This document shows positions 57,748 to 64,000 of a stretch of 64,000 nt of DNA, piece by piece. Each line of letters starts with the position of its first letter. Within the stretch, counting starts at the first letter, position 1. Source of the stretch: an archaeon CG10_big_fil_rev_8_21_14_0_10_43_11. GTDB taxonomy: Archaea > Nanobdellota > Nanobdellia > PEZQ01. The notes beneath the pieces are model-generated. The model saw nothing but the letters and a program-made list of their open reading frames with translations. It did no database searches and was not told where the DNA came from. Position numbers and translations under genes: made by a program. The stretch lies in assembly GCA_002763265.1 (NCBI GenBank), contig PEZQ01000006.1, positions 94,141-158,140 of the forward strand, read 5' to 3'.

Positions 57748-60022
57748 GTTTTTTGAGTTTTGCCTTAAGCCAGATTTCGTATTCCAAGAGCACGCGTTTT
57801 GGCGTGGCATATCCCTGCTTTTGAGCGATGCGTTCGCTTACGCGATGAAATGCTTCATTTGAGGGAATGACAAAATCAGCTTCAAGAAGGTCAGGTCTCT
57901 TGAGTTTTTTTGCGTAATCAGTAATGAGTTTCATAATGTTTGCGCGCAATTCAATGTTCTCATACACGCGGTCCCAGTTCCCTGCCCATTCCTTGACGCG
58001 TCCTGCAATTGATTTGAGCACGTCACTTTCTCCTTCCACAAGCGCAGATGTGGGGATGAGCTGGTCTTTTCGCGCGTCATATTCCATGAGCGTGACAAAT
58101 CCTCGTTCAGCAACAGGGTCTTGCTCCCACTCCTTTCGCACTTCAGTAATGCTTGTGATGCGACGATATTCGTGCAAACCGTCAGGGCTTCGCAGCTTGT
58201 TTGCAAGAACAATAATATCAGTTGCTTTGAAACTGGTTCGCGGCACGCCAAGATCGTTTACCACGCGGTCAAAAATACCGTACGGCGAGTCGCCGTGAAT
58301 AGTTCCTGCAACCACATTTGCAAGCGCGCCAACACGCATTGCTTCATAGAGCGCGAGCGCTTCAGTAGAGCGCACTTCACCTACAATCAGTGCTGAATCC
58401 CCAAGGCGAAGCGTGGTGCGAATACCATCTGCTGCTGAAAGCTCATTTTGCTCGCCAAGAATCGCGCTTCGCACTTTGATTGGAACAATATCATAACCAA
58501 ATTCCTGAAGAGCAGTCACCGGTAGTTCAAGGGTGTCTTCTACGGTGATGATACGATATTTTCGCATGATTTGCACAAGCAGTGAGCCAAGAAAAGAAGA
58601 TTTTCCTGAACCGCGGGTTCCTGCAACAAGCATGGTGCGCGCGCCGTCAACAAGAAACCATAAGAGCCCTGATGCAAGGGGTGTGAGCATTTTGTAGCTT
58701 GTAAAAAGCGGAAGTGTCCATGGCTTTGGCCGGTGCTGTCTAAATGCGTAGGCGTAGCCCTTTGGTGAGAGAGGCGACTGGATGACGGCAACACGCGCGC
58801 GGGCGTGGGGAAGCGAGAGTTCTGTGTCAAGAACAGGGTGAGATTCATCAAGGGGTCTTCCGCTAAGCATTCTAAAACGTGATGTCCAGGAACGCACGTC
58901 ATTGATGTTTGGCAGAATGTTTGTATTCATTTCACCATACTTGTTATGCGTGACAATAATGGGTACGCGCCCAACAGGAGGGTTGACATAAATGTTTTCA
59001 ATATCGCGGTCAAGAAGCAGGACTTCAACAAGTCCAAAACCAACGGTGAGACGCACAAGGATTTCTGCAAGTTTTTCAATGCGTTCATATTTAATTTTTG
59101 CGCCGCGCGATTCAGCTATTTGTTCGAGCAGGTCTTTTGCAACGTTGAAAAAGACTTCGCGCATTCGTTTTGGGTCAACAAATTCTTCTTTTCGCGGTTT
59201 GTGTTTTGAGAGGATTTCACGCGCCTTGGTGAGAAGCGAGTACTCCTCATCATTGAGTTTGAACTCAAGAGGACGCACGTGATACATCGGCTTGACTTGG
59301 TTTGGTGTTTCGTAAATAGTAACATCAACATCTTCGTGCGGTTTGTAAATGTCTAGTTCCCGCGCGCCAGCAGGAGGCTGGCTCATAAGGCGCGTGTACA
59401 TAAAGTTTGGTTTGATGTGCGGTTCAAACAAAACGCGATACACACTTCGGTCTCCAACCTTGTATCCTGCAAGATATTTGTCACTTTTTTTGATGAGTTG
59501 CGTTTTTTCAAGCTTGTCAATAATAGTTTTGAGACGTGCCATGTATTCATGGACTGCTTTTTTCTTGTACGGGTCTTTTACATCGTCTACTTCAACTTTT
59601 TTGAGACGGTGCGTTCGAAGCGCAGTAAGATATGCACCAACCGGATCGCGTTTTAAAAGTTCTAAAATGATGTGGCGAAGAGTAATAAGCGCGCTAGAAA
59701 GCACATCCTCTTGGGCTGCGTTTTCAGCAAGAGGGAGTTTGAGGATTTCATCTTCTTTGATGAGTTTTATGTACACATTTCTAAGCTCGTTTAAAAGCAG
59801 GGCTTGATCGTAGGGATACACATAGTTTCGTTCTTCTGAAAGAATAATGTTTGTTACTTCACCAACTTCAATAAGCGTGTCCATAACCGTGCCCAGGCAC
59901 AGTTCATTATCTTCAAGAGAGGGGTAGGAATGAGTTTGTGTGTAATCAAGCACGAGATTTTTATCAGCACCTTCTCGTTCGATTTTGAACGGTACACCAT
60001 TTTGTTTCTGATTCTCGACCAT
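57737..60022 (-). CDS. type IV filament assembly ATPase (FlaI/TadA/VirB11 family) with ~330-aa N-terminal and C-terminal extensions, locus 2
   Basis: Walker A GTRGSGKSS, Asp box IITVEDTLEL, His box GTIHG; paralogous to the 5440-7191 product. Confidence 0.8.
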   Translation of the reverse strand: MVENQKQNGVPFKIEREGADKNLVLDYTQTHSYPSLEDNELCLGTVMDTLIEVGEVTNIILSEERNYVYPYDQALLLNELRNVYIKLIKEDEILKLPLAENAAQEDVLSSALITLRHIILELLKRDPVGAYLTALRTHRLKKVEVDDVKDPYKKKAVHEYMARLKTIIDKLEKTQLIKKSDKYLAGYKVGDRSVYRVLFEPHIKPNFMYTRLMSQPPAGARELDIYKPHEDVDVTIYETPNQVKPMYHVRPLEFKLNDEEYSLLTKAREILSKHKPRKEEFVDPKRMREVFFNVAKDLLEQIAESRGAKIKYERIEKLAEILVRLTVGFGLVEVLLLDRDIENIYVNPPVGRVPIIVTHNKYGEMNTNILPNINDVRSWTSRFRMLSGRPLDESHPVLDTELSLPHARARVAVIQSPLSPKGYAYAFRQHRPKPWTLPLFTSYKMLTPLASGLLWFLVDGARTMLVAGTRGSGKSSFLGSLLVQIMRKYRIITVEDTLELPVTALQEFGYDIVPIKVRSAILGEQNELSAADGIRTTLRLGDSALIVGEVRSTEALALYEAMRVGALANVVAGTIHGDSPYGIFDRVVNDLGVPRTSFKATDIIVLANKLRSPDGLHEYRRITSITEVRKEWEQDPVAERGFVTLMEYDARKDQLIPTSALVEGESDVLKSIAGRVKEWAGNWDRVYENIELRANIMKLITDYAKKLKRPDLLEADFVIPSNEAFHRVSERIAQKQGYATPKRVLLEYEIWLKAKLKKHGT

Positions 60023-60069
60023 TACCGTAGTTCACCCTCCCACCACGTAGTGATGTTTTGCGAGTTTTT

Positions 60070-60147
60070 TCGCGCATTAACACTATTTTTTTAAGTATAT
60101 AACTATAATAAGAGTATAGTTAATTTAAGGTTTCGTGTGATACTACT
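60070..60147. promoter_or_regulatory. AT-rich divergent intergenic region with TATA-like boxes (putative bidirectional promoter)
   Basis: ttaagtatataactataataagagtatagttaatttaagg lies between the divergent ATPase gene (ATG 60022) and the coiled-coil gene (ATG 60148). Confidence 0.35.
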
Positions 60148-60612
60148 ATGGACATGCCTCAAATGCCAAAACAGGAAATGCAAAAAGAGTCTAAATCTCA
60201 AGCAGCAAAGCAGGGAGTGCCGGGAATTGATTTTGAATTAATTTCAAAAACAGTAAGTGAACTTAACCGTCGTGTACGCGCGGTTGAAGAACAGCTTACG
60301 GCAAGCAGACAGCGGCTTGATATTATGGATGATTCAGTTCATGACACAATTAAGACTGTTTCTCGCGATGTTGAAGAAACAAAGGCGCAGGTAAGCGAAA
60401 TTAATAGCGCGCTTAGCGAGTTTCGCACAACACTCCAGCAATTAATCAAACAGCTTGGCGTGTTTGCACGAAAAAGCGATGTGAGCGCACTCGAGAAGTA
60501 CGTTGACCTGCTTGACCCTTCACAATATCTTTCTAAAAAAGAGATTGTGAACCTGATTCGTGAACATCTTAACATGCCTCCTGTTGAAGAAGAAGAAGAG
60601 CAGGAAGAGTAA
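60148..60612 (+). CDS. coiled-coil protein with acidic C-terminus
   Basis: 154 aa, heptad-rich; MPQMPKQEMQ N-terminus; EEEEEQEE tail. Confidence 0.5.
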   Translation: MDMPQMPKQEMQKESKSQAAKQGVPGIDFELISKTVSELNRRVRAVEEQLTASRQRLDIMDDSVHDTIKTVSRDVEETKAQVSEINSALSEFRTTLQQLIKQLGVFARKSDVSALEKYVDLLDPSQYLSKKEIVNLIREHLNMPPVEEEEEQEE

Positions 60613-60656
60613 CGTGTTGGAAACCTTAATAAGACGCAAACGAGGGAAATGATAGT

Positions 60657-61505
60657 ATGGCTAGTTTCATTCAAAAGCTGTTTGGAAAAAAAGATGCGCC
60701 TGCACAAAAAGGCGGGGTGTCACTTTCTCAGATTGAACAGATGATTTCTCAGGGAATGTCAAAAACGCAAATTGTTGATTATTACCGCAAACAGGGAGCA
60801 CCTCTTGCAACTATTGAGCGCGCAATTTCTCAGGCAGTTGCAAAACAAAATGTTATTTCAGGCTCACCAGTTTCAGCGCCACCACAGCAAATGGGCGGGG
60901 GCGGGGCGCAATCACCAACCACATTTGAAGGAGTAGAACAATCAGCACCAGACATGTCCCTTCCTCAAATGCCCTCAATGGACAACGAGATGAACATACC
61001 TAACATGGGAGAAGCTCAAGAGCAGGGTTTGCCACAACCTCCTGAAGGATTAGACATGCCCCCAATGCCTGGACCTCAAAACGTTCCGCAAGCGCCTCAA
61101 ATGCCCGAACCAGAAGAAAGCGCGCAGGAGAACGAGCTTGCGCGTGATGTTGATACTATTGGCGATGTTGAGGAATTAATTGAAGCAATAGTTGAAGAAC
61201 GATTGACTGATGTTACTGAAAAGCTTGATGAGATTGAGCGCATAAAAGAACAGGTTGATACAAACGTGTCCGGCATTGATGAACGCTTCAGTTCGTATGA
61301 TGAACGCTTAGCGCATCTTGAAGAAGAGCAAAAGAGTGCAAATGATAATTACCGCAAAACCATTGAAGAAGTTCGTCTTGAAATGGGTGCAATGGAAAAA
61401 GCAATGAAAAAGTTAGTGCCCACCCTTGCTTCAAACATTCGTGAACTCCAGGAATTGCAGGAAACAAAAAAGAAAGCAGCATCAAAATCATCTAAAAAGA
61501 AATAA
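60657..61505 (+). CDS. coiled-coil protein with Pro/Met/Gln-rich linker (MPxMP repeats), paralogous C-terminal half
   Basis: 282 aa; PQMPSMDNEMNIPNMGEAQEQGLPQPPEGLDMPPMPGPQNVPQAPQMPEP low-complexity stretch; C-terminal heptads resemble the previous ORF. Confidence 0.5.
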   Translation: MASFIQKLFGKKDAPAQKGGVSLSQIEQMISQGMSKTQIVDYYRKQGAPLATIERAISQAVAKQNVISGSPVSAPPQQMGGGGAQSPTTFEGVEQSAPDMSLPQMPSMDNEMNIPNMGEAQEQGLPQPPEGLDMPPMPGPQNVPQAPQMPEPEESAQENELARDVDTIGDVEELIEAIVEERLTDVTEKLDEIERIKEQVDTNVSGIDERFSSYDERLAHLEEEQKSANDNYRKTIEEVRLEMGAMEKAMKKLVPTLASNIRELQELQETKKKAASKSSKKK

Positions 61506-61544
61506 CCGTTCTTATGATTTTTTTATCCAATCAAACACCCAAGG

Positions 61545-62120
61545 TTATGTTGAGTTTGCTATTACAAACGCGGCTATTGCAAAGATAAAGAAAAGCACAA
61601 CAAGGCCAAGCACTTGGGGTAATGAAAGAAAGAAAACAGCGCGCTCACTTGCACTGAGTTCTTCAACTTTTTCTGAAAGCGTTTTGTTTTCCTCTTCTGC
61701 AAGTTTTTCAATGTTTGCAGAAGAAACATTAGGAAACGCGCTTGCCATGACCACAAAGAGCAGGAGAATTGCTATTGCAAGAATAAGTGTGTACCTTCCT
61801 TCCTCAAAGTTTCCAACAATTTTGAGTATTTCCTCATATTTCATGCCGCCCATCAAGAGTACAAAAGCAAACATGAAAAGCACAATGCCAAAACCGGTGA
61901 AGTAAGGTACGAGCGTAGCAATAAAGGTGCGCGCAGTTGGTGAGATAACAACGCCAACAGCAATGGCAAGTGCAACAATAGCTTGCAGTTCTTTGCCCTG
62001 AATCACGCCTGAACGCAGTAGTACCCCATACACTACGGCATACACGAGTATGAAAGGTATAACTATTTCATAGAATCCGGATTGTTGAATAAGTGACAGT
62101 GCGTCAGTGAATGCAACCAT
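61545..62120 (-). CDS. paralogous integral membrane protein 1 of 3
   Basis: 191 aa, 5-6 TM helices; N-terminal ...FYEIVIPFILVYAVVYGVL shared with the 62748 gene. Confidence 0.45.
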   Translation of the reverse strand: MVAFTDALSLIQQSGFYEIVIPFILVYAVVYGVLLRSGVIQGKELQAIVALAIAVGVVISPTARTFIATLVPYFTGFGIVLFMFAFVLLMGGMKYEEILKIVGNFEEGRYTLILAIAILLLFVVMASAFPNVSSANIEKLAEEENKTLSEKVEELSASERAVFFLSLPQVLGLVVLFFIFAIAAFVIANST

Positions 62121-62123
62121 TGT

Positions 62124-62747
62124 TTAGACCCCCCTTTTGAGCAGCCATTTAAGGATTTTTTCCGCGTCAAGGCTTGGTACCATGCTTTGGCCTTCGCCTT
62201 TGAATGCCCATGCTATAAGTAGTATGAAGCCTCCAATTAATAAGAGTAATGCTATATCATAGTCTGAAATGAGAAAACCGCCAAGACTCAGACCGCGTTC
62301 GTTTGGTTCAATAAGGGTAAGCGCACCGCCAGTCGTTGCTGCCCAGAAAATAAGCAAGATCGCGCCTGCAACAGCAAGCCGCATGAGGTTTGAGCTCAAA
62401 AAACCAGAAGCTACATTTTCTGGAAAGATAAAGTAAAGCGTGAACATAAGCGCTACCATGCCTATAAGGAAGATGGAAAGCGGGGGAAATGCGCGCTCAA
62501 TTGTGAGCACAACCGTTGGCGAGAGCGTTGCTGTGTACGCAATAACAAATGAAATAATAAGGCGCATAGCACCATGTTTTTGCTGTCCAAAAAGCCGTCC
62601 AGTCATGAGAAGTGCGTTATAAATGATAACAAAGACAAGAAGAAATGCAAGCACGAAAACAACGCCGTTCACTCCTTCTGGTGCGAAAATGTCTGCAATG
62701 CCTGAGAGTTGTGAGAACACATTTATTAAAAGCGAGTCTGTTGCCAT
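62124..62747 (-). CDS. paralogous integral membrane protein 2 of 3
   Basis: 207 aa, multi-TM, 3 nt after the next paralog. Confidence 0.45.
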   Translation of the reverse strand: MATDSLLINVFSQLSGIADIFAPEGVNGVVFVLAFLLVFVIIYNALLMTGRLFGQQKHGAMRLIISFVIAYTATLSPTVVLTIERAFPPLSIFLIGMVALMFTLYFIFPENVASGFLSSNLMRLAVAGAILLIFWAATTGGALTLIEPNERGLSLGGFLISDYDIALLLLIGGFILLIAWAFKGEGQSMVPSLDAEKILKWLLKRGV

Positions 62748-63317
62748 TTAGCTGCTACCCCCACTCTCACCTTGCGATGTGCTTTTCCATATCCATGCAA
62801 TTGCACCAACAATGAGCACAAGAAATATCATAACTGACAGGTTTTCTGCGCTAAAAAGACCTGCACCAGTTCCGACGCCTGCAACAATTGAAGAGAAGCT
62901 CCACCATCCTGCTGCAAGACCAAAAGAGAAAACAAACGCAAAAGCAGTGACGCCAAGCATGATTTGTTTGTACCATTCTTTTTCAAGCAGTTTTTCAAAG
63001 TCGCCAAACGCAAGCGCGGCAAGCATGACAAAACTGACAAAGATAACGCTCAATAAGCCTATATACGGAATAAACGCAGTCATAACATCAAGCAGGTTTG
63101 CAGCGCCAACAAAAAGCAGTGCAATAACAAAGGCAACAACGCTGTTGAGTTCTTTTTTTGGCACGTTTTTTCCTTTTTCTTGTTTCATGCCAAAGACGTT
63201 TGTGCGGTCAAGCACGCCATACACAATGGCGTAAACAAGAAAGGTGGGTAAAACTATTTGGAAGAAGCCCATGCGGCGCAAGAGTTCAAGCGCGGATACG
63301 AAACTCACTTCTACCAT
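62748..63317 (-). CDS. paralogous integral membrane protein 3 of 3
   Basis: 189 aa; N-terminus ...FFQIVLPTFLVYAIVYGVL almost identical in pattern to the 61545 gene. Confidence 0.45.
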   Translation of the reverse strand: MVEVSFVSALELLRRMGFFQIVLPTFLVYAIVYGVLDRTNVFGMKQEKGKNVPKKELNSVVAFVIALLFVGAANLLDVMTAFIPYIGLLSVIFVSFVMLAALAFGDFEKLLEKEWYKQIMLGVTAFAFVFSFGLAAGWWSFSSIVAGVGTGAGLFSAENLSVMIFLVLIVGAIAWIWKSTSQGESGGSS

Positions 63318-63374
63318 TACTACCTATCTTATGCGGGTGTGTATTAAAAAAGGTTTAGGAATTAATGTTTTTAG

Positions 63375-63875
63375 TCATTGTTTTGGGTAATGGATGGTTT
63401 GTCCGCCTGCTTTTTGTGATTCGCAGAATTGGTCAAGAAAATTGTCTTTAATAAATCCCGCAAAGTAGAGCGCGCTATGAAGCACAAACACGTGATACTC
63501 GCTATCATTCAGGTTGCGATAAATGTTTTGTTTAACATGAATAATATGGCCCGCGCCTCCAAGTAGGTCTTTGAGTTTTTGCGCGTCTTCTTTGGACCAG
63601 TGGGGTAGTGTTTCAAGGTCAAAGTGGTCGGTGAGTCTGCCAATGATTTGGCGCGTAAATTGAGCGGGGTCTTGCGCATTTGACACACCGAGGGGTCGGA
63701 GTTGTTGTTGGTAGAGTTTAAATGATTGGTTGAGCACAAGCAAAAATTGACGTTTAAAACGCGCGTCATCACTGCGCGGGTAGTATGCCCTAATTTTTTG
63801 AATAAGCGCGCGAAACGCAGGTTTTGTGTTTTTGAGCTCGGCTCTTGTGAGAAATTCAAAAGATTGTTCAGGCAC
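63375..63875 (-). CDS. hypothetical soluble protein
   Basis: 166-aa ORF with good coding look, no recognisable motif. Confidence 0.35.
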   Translation of the reverse strand: MPEQSFEFLTRAELKNTKPAFRALIQKIRAYYPRSDDARFKRQFLLVLNQSFKLYQQQLRPLGVSNAQDPAQFTRQIIGRLTDHFDLETLPHWSKEDAQKLKDLLGGAGHIIHVKQNIYRNLNDSEYHVFVLHSALYFAGFIKDNFLDQFCESQKAGGQTIHYPKQ

Positions 63876-64000
63876 GCGTGGTGTTATTTTTTTTTTGATT
63901 CAACCAAGACATTGGGATTTTCTCCAATCGCGCTTAATCCTTGCGAAAAGCGCGTCATTTCAGCGTCCCATTCGTTGAGAAGGTCAATAACTGATTTAGT

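Noticed and set aside
1-64000. tRNA, rRNA and CRISPR search by eye in all intergenic gaps >80 bp
   Set aside because: No cloverleaf-compatible 70-90 nt GC-rich segment was recognisable. There were no regularly spaced direct repeats and no rRNA-like conserved blocks. A covariance search would be needed to be certain.

Overview
This window looks like compact archaeal chromosome, probably from a DPANN-like archaeon. The archaeal call rests on the secE–spt5–rpl11–rpl1–rpl10–rpl12(P1) ribosomal cluster, an archaeal-type apgM, a euryarchaeal-style alaS, ftsZ, and short or overlapping intergenic junctions. The first ~30 kb is mostly housekeeping:
- guaA, a CYTH-domain protein, apgM, alaS, ftsZ, an FKBP isomerase, cspA and a CcdA/thioredoxin pair.
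- A RelE-like toxin plus RadC-like islet.
- A degenerate radical-SAM/SPASM-like gene pair next to a methyltransferase and a TPR protein.
- A carbon-nitrogen hydrolase interrupted by an in-frame TGA at the conserved residue after the catalytic Cys.
Two paralogous type-IV-filament-like loci are present. Locus 1 (5440-9910, + strand) has a FlaI/VirB11-family ATPase, a FlaJ/TadC-like platform protein and two small pilin-like proteins. Locus 2 is the standout: a ~30 kb uninterrupted minus-strand gene train (60022 down to 30076). It starts with an N-terminally extended ATPase and a platform protein. About 22 genes for secreted or membrane-anchored proteins follow, in three groups:
- A tandem array of short pilins with a bacterial-like KG|FTF(E/Q) class III signal.
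- Several very large (240-920 aa) proteins that also begin with class III signals.
- Cys-rich giants (587-1108 aa) carrying MopE-like Asp/Cys metal-binding repeats and thrombospondin-type-3-like Ca-binding repeats.
Many junctions in this train are ATGA or 11-nt overlaps, and two micro-ORFs (48 and 50 aa) sit in it that the ORF track missed. I read locus 2 as a candidate undescribed pilus-plus-adhesin (cell-surface attachment) apparatus. No tRNA, rRNA or CRISPR was detected by eye. Many long ORFs on the opposite strand of locus 2 are antisense artefacts.
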